Below the pieces are notes generated by a model that did not search any database, was not told the DNA's origin, and saw nothing but the letters and a program-made list of their open reading frames with translations. From Eubacteriales bacterium (GTDB taxonomy: Bacteria; Bacillota; Clostridia; Oscillospirales; CAG-272), in assembly GCA_045632925.1 (NCBI GenBank), contig JAZQXP010000066.1, positions 193,454-257,453 on the forward strand: a stretch of 64,000 bases of DNA, written 5' to 3'. Below are positions 9,463-18,685 of this stretch, in pieces. Position 1 is the stretch's first letter. Each line of letters opens with the position of its first letter. The position numbers and the translations under genes were made by a program.

Positions 9463-9686
9463 GGCATTCGCACGGTGAACCCATCTTTGCGAGCTTGCGA
9501 GCAAAAAATGGGTTCGCATCCTCGGCGCAGAGCGCGTCAAGCTCGCTTGTAAGCGGCAAGCCGAAGGATATTCGCCGAAGGCGAAATTCCCGTTGTTGGT
9601 TTATTTATACTCTCTTTACATTACACTATTGATTTCCCCTCATTTTTCCTTCATAATTATATCAGATGGAAAAGGAGGTATCCGAT

Positions 9687-10052
9687 ATGAATCCAGAACT
9701 GAACGGCAAGGTTCCCTTTTGGGGCAAGAATTACATCTTCTACGTATACAGCGCGATGCTCGGCGTTTTCGGTGCGCTCGGGTTTTACTGCGCGATTATG
9801 TTTATTGCGATAAACGCTTTTAACGAAGCAGGCAGGTCGCCTATCGCTTATCCATTCAGTGTTCTGGCTGGATTTTTGTCTTTGCTTATTTGTTTCGGAA
9901 TCGTTACCGTCTACGCAAAGAATTTCAAGCATCTGAGAAAAAGATTTCAGGTGATACTTCATCTGCTGACCGTACTTGCCGTTTTCGTCGGCGGAGTATT
10001 TATGTGGAGCTTTTTTCACAGTGTTATCAGTGATATCATCCGTCCTTATTAA
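9687..10052 (+). CDS. hypothetical small membrane protein
   Basis: The track ORF starts at 9666, but AAGGAGG sits 8 nt before the ATG at 9687. About 121 aa with 3-4 hydrophobic helices. Confidence 0.45.
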   Translation: MNPELNGKVPFWGKNYIFYVYSAMLGVFGALGFYCAIMFIAINAFNEAGRSPIAYPFSVLAGFLSLLICFGIVTVYAKNFKHLRKRFQVILHLLTVLAVFVGGVFMWSFFHSVISDIIRPY

Positions 10053-10064
10053 AGCAATATCCAT

Positions 10065-10086
10065 CCCCGCCCGGGCGGGGATTTTT
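10065..10086 (+). terminator. rho-independent terminator
   Basis: ccccgcc-cggg-cgggg GC stem followed by ATTTTT. Confidence 0.75.
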
Positions 10087-10088
10087 GA

Positions 10089-10117
10089 TTGACAAAGGTT
10101 ATATTTTGTGCTATAAT
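10089..10117 (+). promoter_or_regulatory. promoter of the 10150 gene
   Basis: TTGACA, 17 nt spacer, TATAAT with TGc extended -10. Confidence 0.6.
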
Positions 10118-10149
10118 GATGTCGAAATACATCGAAACGGGGAATCAAA

Positions 10150-11280
10150 ATGAACAAGAAGCAAAAAATCAAAAAAGCATTATCGACGGTAGTATTTTTA
10201 GCTATATTCCTTCCCGCGGCGTTCTTGCTCGGTGTTCTGATCGGAATTTTCGGTTACGGCAACGGAAGCGGATCGTTTTATGTAATCGGTATGCTGATGT
10301 ATTTCGCGACCTTTTATCTGCAGATAATCATACACGAATGCGGGCATATGGTCTTCGGTCTTATGACGGGTTACAAATTCCGCTCGATCCGTTTCGGCAG
10401 TATTATGATAGTCAGCATCGAGGGTAAGCTCCGCTTCAAGCGTTATTCCCTCGCGGGTACGGGAGGTCAATGTCTTATGTCGCCGCCCGAGCTCGTTGAC
10501 GGCAAGATGCCCTATGTGCTCTACAATCTCGGCGGAAGCTTTCTCAATCTGATATTTGCGGCTATATTCCTTGTGCTGGGGCTTACCGTCAACGTACCTT
10601 ATCTCGATCTGTTCTTCCTTATGAATGCGATATGGGGACTCTCCACCGCGCTTCAGAACGGCATTCCGCTCGAGCTTCAGGTGCCGAACGACGGAAGCAA
10701 TACCGTAGCTCTTTCAAAGAGTAAGACCGCTCTGCGCGGCTTCTGGCTATCGATGAAGACGGTCGAGGCTCTCGGCGACAACAGAAGACTCGGCACTATG
10801 CCCGAGGAGTGGTTCGAGGTTTACGAGGGCGAGAATCTGACTCAGCCTTTGGCAACGCACATCATCATTGCAAAATGCGACAGACTTCTCGATCTTCATA
10901 GATTCGATGAAGCAAAGCGCGAGCTCCTATCTCTTCTCGATTCAAGCGAATATTCTCTTTCTGACTTGATACGCACGGTTCTGACGGATAATCTCATCTG
11001 TTGCGAGGCCTTTACCGAAAACCGCCCCGAGACCTACGAAAGATTTCTTACTCCGACCTACCATAAACTCGAAAAGGCACTTACCAACAATATCGGTACC
11101 ATCCGCACGACCTACGTCCGCTCTCTGCTTATTGATCACGACACGGAAAAGGCTTCGAAGGCTCTCATTGCGTTTGATAAGCTCAAGAAGACCTATCCCT
11201 ACCCTTCCGACTACGAGCTCGAGTCCGAGCTTATGGCGATTGCAGACAAACTTGCGAAGGAACGAGAAAATAATCAATAA
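10150..11280 (+). CDS. membrane zinc metalloprotease-like protein (HExxH) with a helical-repeat C-terminal domain
   Basis: 376 aa. TM helices carry IIHECGHMVFG (M50/zincin-like HExxH). The C-terminal ~170 aa is soluble, helical and TPR-like. Confidence 0.55.
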   Translation: MNKKQKIKKALSTVVFLAIFLPAAFLLGVLIGIFGYGNGSGSFYVIGMLMYFATFYLQIIIHECGHMVFGLMTGYKFRSIRFGSIMIVSIEGKLRFKRYSLAGTGGQCLMSPPELVDGKMPYVLYNLGGSFLNLIFAAIFLVLGLTVNVPYLDLFFLMNAIWGLSTALQNGIPLELQVPNDGSNTVALSKSKTALRGFWLSMKTVEALGDNRRLGTMPEEWFEVYEGENLTQPLATHIIIAKCDRLLDLHRFDEAKRELLSLLDSSEYSLSDLIRTVLTDNLICCEAFTENRPETYERFLTPTYHKLEKALTNNIGTIRTTYVRSLLIDHDTEKASKALIAFDKLKKTYPYPSDYELESELMAIADKLAKERENNQ

Positions 11281-11316
11281 TTTTGCCGAAAAAGAGATAT
11301 TTTTTCAAAAAACCTA

Positions 11317-11345
11317 TTGACAAAAGACAAGTTCCGTTGTATAAT
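11317..11345 (+). promoter_or_regulatory. promoter of rplU-prp-rpmA
   Basis: TTGACA (11317-11322), 17 nt spacer, TATAAT (11340-11345). Confidence 0.65.
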
Positions 11346-11436
11346 AATATGCCGCTTGAAATCGGCTCTTTTAAGTGCGTCTAAAAAACGCCGCCGAAGG
11401 TACAGCGAGTCTATAATGAAAGAGAGGTGCTTTCCA
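11346..11436 (+). promoter_or_regulatory. putative ribosomal protein L21 leader
   Basis: A ~90-nt structured leader (hairpins gccgcttgaaatcggc and gcgtctaaaaaacgc) in the position of the Firmicutes L21 leader. Assigned by position only. Confidence 0.35.
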
Positions 11437-11748
11437 GTGTTTGCTATTATCACTACTGGCGGAAAGCAGTACAAAGTCACCGAGGGCGATATCATCTTTA
11501 TCGAGAAGCTCGGCGCAGAAGAAGGCAGCGAGGTTGTTTTTGAGCAGGTTAATGCTCTTTCTAACGACAACGGTTTCGTAGCCGGAACCCCCACCGTTGA
11601 AGGTGCAAGCGTAACTGCTAAGGTTCTTGCTCAGGGTAAGAACAAGAAGATCTACGTCATGAAGTACAAGGCTAAGAAGAACGAGAAGAAGAAGATCGGT
11701 CACAGACAGCCTTATACCAAGGTACAGATCGAAAAGATCGTAGGCTAA
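11437..11748 (+). CDS. rplU: 50S ribosomal protein L21
   Basis: GTG start at 11437 with AGAGAGG SD. The protein begins (V)[17 protein letters not shown]. The longer track ORF (11317) runs through the promoter. Confidence 0.9.
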   Translation: MFAIITTGGKQYKVTEGDIIFIEKLGAEEGSEVVFEQVNALSNDNGFVAGTPTVEGASVTAKVLAQGKNKKIYVMKYKAKKNEKKKIGHRQPYTKVQIEKIVG

Positions 11749-11755
11749 TTACAAA

Positions 11756-12115
11756 ATGACTAAAGTCGTATTTTACAGAAGCGGCGGAACATTCTGGGGC
11801 TTCGAGGAAACGGGACATACGGGCTACGGCGATGCGGGTGAGGACATCCTCTGCTCTGCTCTCTCGGCTATGACGATGCTTATCGTCAACACGGTTGAGA
11901 TCGCTTACGCTTCCAACATTGATTACGATATCAACGAGGGAGCAACGAAGATCAAGGTATCATCGAAGGCGGCTCTTCCCGAATTTGAAGATGACGAGCG
12001 CAAGAGATACGCGGTATCGGGGCTTTTCATGGCTTACTATTACCAGCTCAACGATCTTACGCTTGAATACGGAGATTTCCTTGAGGTTGACGTTGTCGAC
12101 CGCGACTACATCTGA
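11756..12115 (+). CDS. prp: ribosomal-processing cysteine protease Prp
   Basis: 119 aa. GHTGYGDAGEDILCSALSA carries the His/Cys dyad. Lies between rplU and rpmA. Confidence 0.85.
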   Translation: MTKVVFYRSGGTFWGFEETGHTGYGDAGEDILCSALSAMTMLIVNTVEIAYASNIDYDINEGATKIKVSSKAALPEFEDDERKRYAVSGLFMAYYYQLNDLTLEYGDFLEVDVVDRDYI

Positions 12116-12170
12116 TTACGACGCACCGCATCCGCGTTTTGGCGGAAAAACTTAACGGAGGAAACTAGAA

Positions 12171-12449
12171 ATGCTTAGACTTTCATTACAGTTCTTTGCT
12201 CATAAGAAGGGCGTAGGTTCTACCAAGAACGGTCGTGATTCCGAGTCCAAGAGACTTGGCGTTAAGAAGACCGACGGTCAGCCTGTTATCGCCGGCAATA
12301 TCATCATCAGACAGAGAGGCACCGCTGTTCATCCCGGCAACAACGTTGGTATGGGCACCGACCACACTCTCTTCGCTCTGATCGACGGTAAGGTCAAGTT
12401 CGAGCACAAGGCTGGTGGCAAGAAGCAGGTCAGCGTTTACGCAGACTAA
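12171..12449 (+). CDS. rpmA: 50S ribosomal protein L27 with a cleavable N-terminal pro-peptide
   Basis: 92 aa. [30 protein letters not shown], where the FF-A junction is the Prp cleavage site type. Confidence 0.95.
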   Translation: MLRLSLQFFAHKKGVGSTKNGRDSESKRLGVKKTDGQPVIAGNIIIRQRGTAVHPGNNVGMGTDHTLFALIDGKVKFEHKAGGKKQVSVYAD

Positions 12450-12464
12450 TTCTCGCACATCAAG

Positions 12465-12500
12465 AAAAGGCTATCGCGCAAGCGGTAGCCTTTTCTCTTT
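12465..12500 (+). terminator. terminator after rpmA
   Basis: ggctatcgc-gcaa-gcggtagcc stem followed by a T-rich tract. Confidence 0.8.
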
Positions 12501-12547
12501 TTTGTAAAAAATCAAGATTCGGGAATGCTTTATTAACAAAATTAACA

Positions 12548-12576
12548 TTGACATTTAATCCTCAAGGTGGTATAAT
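12548..12576 (+). promoter_or_regulatory. promoter of the Ig-like surface protein gene
   Basis: TTGACA, 17 nt spacer, TATAAT with TGg extended -10. Confidence 0.6.
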
Positions 12577-12621
12577 ACAATATGAAGTATTATACTGTAC
12601 GAAAGGACGGTTGATCTATAT

Positions 12622-15096
12622 ATGACCAAACGCGCAAAACTCTTGATTTTACTTATCTGCGTACTCTGTACGGTCGCTGTGTGCGCGCTCCCGATCTTCG
12701 CGGATGAGGTAACCGAGGACATCTTCGTTGACACATTCCCCGTTGAAAATCCGACAACGGTGGAGCCCGCTGCTCCCTATCCCGTAAGCTTCATCGTTAT
12801 GAGGAGCGAATCATCCAAGACCGTTTATATGGAAGGCGAATATTTCTCGAACGCGAATTTCTTCGGAAAGGTTACAATGTCGGACAACAGCGAGATCTGG
12901 CTTCTCACTTCCGCTGAGCTTCCCTATAACCAGACCGAGGCTCTCACCCCCGCGCACACCTATATCACCTTTACTTACGGTGAGCTCTACTACAACTTCC
13001 CAATCACCGTAATCAAGAACATTTACACTCCGAGCATTCAGTCGATCGAGCTTTCCGCTACAAAGACCGATTTTCTCGCGCTTGAGACGATCGATCCCTC
13101 CGTGTTCAGCGCGGGTATCATCTACACCGACGGAACAACCGCTCCGCTCGATCTCTCGCTCTGCACCTTCTTCCCCTCTCTCGACGAGCCGATTTCGGCT
13201 TACACCACGAGCTATACCGTAACCTACAACGACGGTACGACAACCTATACCGATTCGATCGCCGTAAACGTCTCCCCGATCATTCTTCTTGAGGTTTCGG
13301 GTCTTGAGAACGCTAAGCTCTATGAATCGACTCCCTACGCTCCTCCCACGGGACTTACCGTAACCGCTTACTATGACGGAATGAAGACGATCTCGCAGGT
13401 CATCACGAACTACGACGTTGAGTCTGACACCGAATTCGTAGTTTCCAACTCCGAGGGCAAGGCAAAGATCACGATCAAAGCCGATTCCGCAAGCCTCGAG
13501 GCAGAGATTCCCGTTCTTCCCATTGTAAACTACAGCGTTACCGGACTCAAAAGCGCATACTACTACGGAGATACCTTCTCCGCAGCAAACGTAAAGGTCA
13601 CCGCGTTCTATTCCGATCTTACCTCTTGCGACGTAACAGAGCAGGTTCTGATCACCGCACCCGAGACGATCGTTGCGGGAAGCACTATCACGGCTATCCA
13701 CAACGGCTTCGATCTTAAGGATTTCCTTAACACCTCTCTTCCCACAGGGACTCTGACCGTCATCACCGAGCCGACAAAGAATCATTACGAGATCGGCGAG
13801 ATCTTTGACAGCACCGGACTCGAGGTCGGCATCAACTATTCCGACGGCACAAGAAAGCTTCTTAATGTGGGCGATTACGAGCTTGTCGTTTCCTCTCCGC
13901 TTACAGCCGCAGATAAGCTTGTCAGCATCAATTATTACGGTGTTTCCACGAGCATTTCGATATCCGTAGGTGACGAGGCTTACATCGTCTCGCTCCAGCT
14001 CATCGGCATTCCCGACGTTATGACCTATTACGAGGGCAATCTCCTCAACACATCGGGCGTTATCATCGAGGCTTATATGTCGGACGGAAGCAAGCTTATC
14101 GTCGATCCCCGTATTCTTACATTCTCCCCCGCGCTTGATACTCCCCTTACTCCCGATATTACTTCGGTGAAGATCTCCGCAAACGACGGTACAGACAAGT
14201 ACTGCGAATGCTCCTTCCCGATCACGGTCACCAAGAAGATTCCGACAGGACTTATCGCAACCTCCAAGCCTTCAAAGCTTGAATATGCGGAGGGCGAGGC
14301 TTTCAATCCCGACGGACTTACGCTCAGCCTATTCTTTAACGACGGTTCGAGCATTCCTCTTTCCAGCTTCACCTTCTCTCCCGAGCTTGGATCAAGCATC
14401 ATACTTCACTCCAATGCCACCGAAAAGTGCATCGTTTATGCGGTATACAACCACGAGGGCGAGGAATTTACCTATCCCATCGAGATCACGGTAACTCCCG
14501 CCGAGATCGAAAATCTGGTTGTCACACGTCAGCCTATCAAGACCGTTTACGAGATCGGCGAGGAATTCATCCCCATGGGCGTTGAACTTATGCTCATCTA
14601 CAAGGACAGAAGCCTGCAGGCGCAGGTCGTTCCCGAGGGATATTACACTTATTCACCCTCGGTGATAACCGCTGACACACGCGAGATCGTCTTCACCTTC
14701 AGAGGATACAGCGTATCTCTTCCGATCACCGTCAACGGAGGCGTGACCTCAGATATCACCACTCAGCCCATTGATCCTCCCGTAACGGTAGAACCTCCTG
14801 TGACCGATATCACGACCGAGCCCGATATTTCGACCGATGAGGTCACAACCGAGCCCGAGGAAAGCACCGATATCACAACAGAGATCACCACAGAGCCTGA
14901 GGTTCCCACAAGCGATCCCGAAATCACATCCTCTCCCGACGTTACGTCCGAGGATGACGTCACCACGGGCAATGAATCTCAGGGCGGAAATGACAAGAAT
15001 CCTTCTTCTCTTCTCACCCTCTGGATCATCATCATCGTGATCATCATCGCGGCACTCGTTGCGCTGATCATCTACTATAAGAAGAATTTCACCTAA
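12622..15096 (+). CDS. large surface protein with tandem bacterial Ig-like repeats, a Thr/Pro/Glu stalk and a C-terminal TM anchor
   Basis: 824 aa. Signal peptide, then repeated ~80-aa modules (e.g. YEIGEIFDSTGLEVGINYSDGT, YAEGEAFNPDGLTLSLFFNDGS, YEIGEEFIPMGVELMLIYKD). A TTEP-rich stalk and TM helix LWIIIIVIIIAALVALIIYY follow. No LPXTG. Confidence 0.7.
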   Translation: MTKRAKLLILLICVLCTVAVCALPIFADEVTEDIFVDTFPVENPTTVEPAAPYPVSFIVMRSESSKTVYMEGEYFSNANFFGKVTMSDNSEIWLLTSAELPYNQTEALTPAHTYITFTYGELYYNFPITVIKNIYTPSIQSIELSATKTDFLALETIDPSVFSAGIIYTDGTTAPLDLSLCTFFPSLDEPISAYTTSYTVTYNDGTTTYTDSIAVNVSPIILLEVSGLENAKLYESTPYAPPTGLTVTAYYDGMKTISQVITNYDVESDTEFVVSNSEGKAKITIKADSASLEAEIPVLPIVNYSVTGLKSAYYYGDTFSAANVKVTAFYSDLTSCDVTEQVLITAPETIVAGSTITAIHNGFDLKDFLNTSLPTGTLTVITEPTKNHYEIGEIFDSTGLEVGINYSDGTRKLLNVGDYELVVSSPLTAADKLVSINYYGVSTSISISVGDEAYIVSLQLIGIPDVMTYYEGNLLNTSGVIIEAYMSDGSKLIVDPRILTFSPALDTPLTPDITSVKISANDGTDKYCECSFPITVTKKIPTGLIATSKPSKLEYAEGEAFNPDGLTLSLFFNDGSSIPLSSFTFSPELGSSIILHSNATEKCIVYAVYNHEGEEFTYPIEITVTPAEIENLVVTRQPIKTVYEIGEEFIPMGVELMLIYKDRSLQAQVVPEGYYTYSPSVITADTREIVFTFRGYSVSLPITVNGGVTSDITTQPIDPPVTVEPPVTDITTEPDISTDEVTTEPEESTDITTEITTEPEVPTSDPEITSSPDVTSEDDVTTGNESQGGNDKNPSSLLTLWIIIIVIIIAALVALIIYYKKNFT

Positions 15097-15140
15097 TCAA
15101 TAAATAAAGCTCCGAGGCAACTCGGAGCTTTATTTATTGA
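15097..15140. terminator. bidirectional terminator between convergent genes
   Basis: 20-bp perfect stem tcaataaataaagctccgag-gcaa-ctcggagctttatttattga with T/A tracts on both sides. Confidence 0.8.
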
Positions 15141-15141
15141 T

Positions 15142-15996
15142 TTATTTTTGCGAGTTCTCTGCAGCATAAAGTGTATTACAGATAAGCATCGTGACCGTCA
15201 TAGGTCCGACACCGCCGGGGACGGGGGTGATATATCCCGCCACTTCCTTAACAGAATCGAAGTCAACGTCGCCGCAGAGCTTGCCCTCGGGGTTGCGGTT
15301 CATACCGACATCGATGACAGCCGCGCCCGGCTTAACCATATCAGAGGTAATAAGACCTGCGCGTCCGACTGCGCTTACGAGGATATCGGCGCGTCTTGTG
15401 ACTGCTCCGAGATCGGGAGTGCGGCTATGCGCGATGGTGACTGTTCCGTCAGCGGCAAGCAGAAGCGCCGCCATAGGTCTGCCGACGATATTAGATCTGC
15501 CGACTACGACACATTCCTTGCCCGCAACGGGGATCTCATAATGCTTGAGCATCTCCATAATGCCCGCAGGAGTACAAGGAAGGACATTTCCTTCATCGAG
15601 GCACAGGTGGCCCGCATCGAGCTTTCCAAAGGCATCAACGTCCTTCTCGGGTGCTACAGCGGCTACGACACGTGCTTCGTCTATATGTTTAGGAAGAGGA
15701 AGCTGAACGAGAAGACCGTCAACCGTGGGATCTGCGTTTATCTTCTCTACATCGGCAATGACCTGTTCGGTCGTGTATGACTCGGGAAGAATGTTGCAGG
15801 TGGATGCAAATCCAACCTCCTCACAAGCGCGAAGCTTGTTTCTTACGTAAACTACCGACGCGGGATCCTCGCCGACTCTGATAACGCAGAGTCCGGGCTT
15901 GCGTCCGTATTTCTTTTCAAATTCGATTCTCTTTTCTGTTACCTCGCCGCGAAGCTTTGCGCTGACGAGCTTACCGTCAATCAGTATTGCCGACAT
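15142..15996 (-). CDS. folD: bifunctional methylenetetrahydrofolate dehydrogenase/cyclohydrolase
   Basis: 284 aa. VGRSNIVGRPMA and PGGVGPMTV motifs. Confidence 0.9.
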   Translation of the reverse strand: MSAILIDGKLVSAKLRGEVTEKRIEFEKKYGRKPGLCVIRVGEDPASVVYVRNKLRACEEVGFASTCNILPESYTTEQVIADVEKINADPTVDGLLVQLPLPKHIDEARVVAAVAPEKDVDAFGKLDAGHLCLDEGNVLPCTPAGIMEMLKHYEIPVAGKECVVVGRSNIVGRPMAALLLAADGTVTIAHSRTPDLGAVTRRADILVSAVGRAGLITSDMVKPGAAVIDVGMNRNPEGKLCGDVDFDSVKEVAGYITPVPGGVGPMTVTMLICNTLYAAENSQK

Positions 15997-16900
15997 TGTT
16001 TTCTTCCTCCTTGGGATCTTCTTTCTGTTCCGTTTTTTCTTCGTTCAGCATCTCGCCGTAGGTTGATACCTCACCCTCAACAGCGGCAAGCTTCGCCCTG
16101 CGCGATGCACGACTGTCAAGAAAGACAAGGAAACCGGTTCCGATAACAAAGCAAAGGAATGCAACGACCTGCGAGATACGGAAGGTTCCGACCATAAGGC
16201 TATCGGTGCGCAGACCTTCGATCAGCATTCTACCGAAGCCGTACCAGGTGATATACATCAAAAAGACGCGACCGTCGTACTTTTTCTTCTTGTAAAGTGC
16301 GTTGATGATGATGAAACCGAGGAGATTCCAGAGCGATTCATAGAGGAACGTGGGCTGGCAGAGATAGGTATTTGCCCAGCCCTCGTGTCTGAGCTCCATA
16401 CGCATGAAGTAGAGGAAATTATCCGGGGAGGGAGCTTCGCCGTATGCCTCGCCGTTAAAGAAATTGCCCCATCTGCCGACGATCTGACCGATCATTACGC
16501 CGGGGCATACCATATCGAAGGCTTTCTGCCACTTGATCTTTTTATAGAGTGAGACGCCGAGAAGCGCAGCCGCTCCGCCGATTATCGCGCCGTAGATGGC
16601 GATACCGCCGTTCCAGATCTGAAACACCTCGGCAAAGGTATATTTTTGATCCGAGGTTATGACGTAATAGAGGCGCGCGCCTACAACACCGCTGATAACG
16701 GTGATGAGTGCGTAGTCGAGTAGGTCATCAAAGGAAATGCCCTCGTGCTTCGAGCGGTAATAAGCATAGAGGAAGGCAAGGATGATGCCCGTGACCATGA
16801 TAATGCCGTACCAACGGACCTCTATGCTTCCAATGCTGAAAGCTACCTTATTGAAGCTGAATTCGCCTATTCCAATGCCGGGAAAGGATACTGTGACCAT
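15977..16900 (-). CDS. lgt: prolipoprotein diacylglyceryl transferase
   Basis: 307 aa. GRWGNFFNGEAYG signature and multi-TM. The 3' end overlaps the folD start by 20 nt. Confidence 0.9.
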   Translation of the reverse strand: MVTVSFPGIGIGEFSFNKVAFSIGSIEVRWYGIIMVTGIILAFLYAYYRSKHEGISFDDLLDYALITVISGVVGARLYYVITSDQKYTFAEVFQIWNGGIAIYGAIIGGAAALLGVSLYKKIKWQKAFDMVCPGVMIGQIVGRWGNFFNGEAYGEAPSPDNFLYFMRMELRHEGWANTYLCQPTFLYESLWNLLGFIIINALYKKKKYDGRVFLMYITWYGFGRMLIEGLRTDSLMVGTFRISQVVAFLCFVIGTGFLVFLDSRASRRAKLAAVEGEVSTYGEMLNEEKTEQKEDPKEEENNVGNTD

Positions 16901-16911
16901 TTGAGTCTCCT

Positions 16912-17619
16912 TTATGTAGATGATTTGTTATCGTGAGAAGGATATGCTTCTCCGCTGATCGGGATGACCTCGCCGAGGAAGGTCGGCTCGGGCTTGACGA
17001 GAGCGTAGAAGAAATCCTTGAAGCGAGCCAGAGTCTCGCGGATATTCTGCTGATCCTGTGTTCCGTAGCCGTGAAGAGTCGCGCTAACTCCGTATGCCTC
17101 GATGCCGAGCTTTTCCGCGATATAGAGCGCGCGGTAGAGATGATACTCCTGCGTGACTATGATGATGCGGTCAGCCTCGAAGATCTCCTTGGCGCGGTAG
17201 ATGCTTTCGTAGGTCGAGAAGCCCGCGTGATCGGTGAAGACGTTGCTTCTGTCGATCCCGTGCTCCTCAGCCTTAGCGAGCATATGGTTGACCTCGTCAT
17301 AGACCTCTCTGCCGTGATCTCCCGTCATCAGAAGCTTATCCGATGCGCCCGCATCGTAAAGCTCGAATGCGACCGAGAGGCGGTCTGCAAGATACTGCGA
17401 ATTGACGTGGCATCCGAGAACGAGGATACAGTCGATATCGGTGAGCTGTGCCGCTGTACCGACAGAAAGAATCCTATCCTCCGTGACCGAGATAATTGCC
17501 GCATTGAGCGACATTACCGCGACCGCGAAAAGCAGGGCGAAGAGCAAAACGAGGATCACCGCGTTCCGCCCTATCGCGAGCCATTGCTTTTTTGTAATTT
17601 TCTTGAGGAGTTCGGGCAT
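16912..17619 (-). CDS. SanA/YdcF (DUF218) family protein
   Basis: 235 aa. N-terminal TM helix, then DCILVLGC...LLMTGDHG...IIIVTQEYHLYRA, typical of DUF218. Confidence 0.7.
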   Translation of the reverse strand: MPELLKKITKKQWLAIGRNAVILVLLFALLFAVAVMSLNAAIISVTEDRILSVGTAAQLTDIDCILVLGCHVNSQYLADRLSVAFELYDAGASDKLLMTGDHGREVYDEVNHMLAKAEEHGIDRSNVFTDHAGFSTYESIYRAKEIFEADRIIIVTQEYHLYRALYIAEKLGIEAYGVSATLHGYGTQDQQNIRETLARFKDFFYALVKPEPTFLGEVIPISGEAYPSHDNKSST

Positions 17620-18470
17620 TATTCCGAAAGACCGAGTCTGTGCTCGATGACGGTAGCAGCGATATCGAGATAATCGCTGTCCATATCCTCGATCTTACCG
17701 CTGTCGCAGAGAGACGCGAGACGGGCATCAAGGGGGATCTGCGCGAGAACGTCATATCCGAACTCCTGCGCGATCTCGAGGATGTGGCTGTCGCCATAAA
17801 TATTGATGCGCTTGCCGCAATCGGGGCAAAGAACGTAGCTCATATTCTCAACGAGTCCAAGAACGGGAATATTCATCATATTCGCCATATTTGCCGCCTT
17901 GCCGACGATCATGGAAACAAGCTCCTGGGGGCTCGATACGATCACGATGCCGTCAAGTGGAAGGCTCTGGAATACTGTGAGCGGAACGTCACCGGTTCCG
18001 GGAGGGCAGTCAACGAGAAGAACGTCGATATCGCCCCAGATGGTATCCTTCCAGAACTGCTTTACGGTGCCCGCAATAACGGGACCTCTCCAGATAACGG
18101 GACGGCGCTCGTCCTCAAGAAGGAGGTTGACAGACATCATCTTGATGCCCTTTTCGGTCTCGGGCGGGAACATTCCGTCCTCGGTACCGGTAACCTCACC
18201 CTTTACGCCGAAAGCCTTGGGAACCGAGGGACCTGTGATATCTGCGTCAAGTACGCCGACCTTATAGCCCTTGCGCTGAAGAAGAACGGCGAGCATGCAG
18301 GTGACGATCGACTTACCTACGCCGCCCTTACCGCTGACAACGCCGATGACGTGCTTGATGTTGCTGAGCTTATTCTGCGGCTCGTGGAGATCCTGCGGCT
18401 TCTGGCGCGAGGAGCAATTAGCCGAGCAAGTGGAACAGTTGTGTGTGCATTCTGACATTTTTATATTCAT
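17619..18470 (-). CDS. Mrp/NBP35-family Fe-S cluster carrier ATPase
   Basis: 283 aa. Cys-rich N-terminus (CTHNCSTCSANC), deviant Walker A SGKGGVGKS, and CPDC near the C-terminus. Confidence 0.85.
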   Translation of the reverse strand: MNIKMSECTHNCSTCSANCSSRQKPQDLHEPQNKLSNIKHVIGVVSGKGGVGKSIVTCMLAVLLQRKGYKVGVLDADITGPSVPKAFGVKGEVTGTEDGMFPPETEKGIKMMSVNLLLEDERRPVIWRGPVIAGTVKQFWKDTIWGDIDVLLVDCPPGTGDVPLTVFQSLPLDGIVIVSSPQELVSMIVGKAANMANMMNIPVLGLVENMSYVLCPDCGKRINIYGDSHILEIAQEFGYDVLAQIPLDARLASLCDSGKIEDMDSDYLDIAATVIEHRLGLSE

Positions 18471-18501
18471 CCTTTCGATAAGAAAATATTTACCTACTAT
18501 A

Positions 18502-18530
18502 ATTATACCCCCTTTTGCGCCTTAAGTCAA
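18502..18530 (-). promoter_or_regulatory. promoter of the mrp-sanA-lgt-folD operon
   Basis: On the minus strand: TTGACT, 17 nt spacer, TATAAT. Confidence 0.55.
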
Positions 18531-18685
18531 TGACTTGATTATTAACAAATTGATTTTTTGAAAAAATTTCGCCCACAAAAGAAAAAAATTCCTCTAATTT
18601 AACACAAAGTACTTGATTTTTTGCGAAAAAAAGGTATACTATATAAGGTTATAAATATTTCTATGCAACGAAAGGAATTTTTGCA

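Noticed and set aside
9500-9530. The segment aaatgggttcgcatcc resembles the T-arm of the neighbouring tRNA-Arg. This suggested an att-site remnant of an integrated element.
   Set aside because: Identity is limited to the 9-nt atgggttcg core and decays immediately. The copy is only ~70 nt from the tRNA, with no integrase or island between them.
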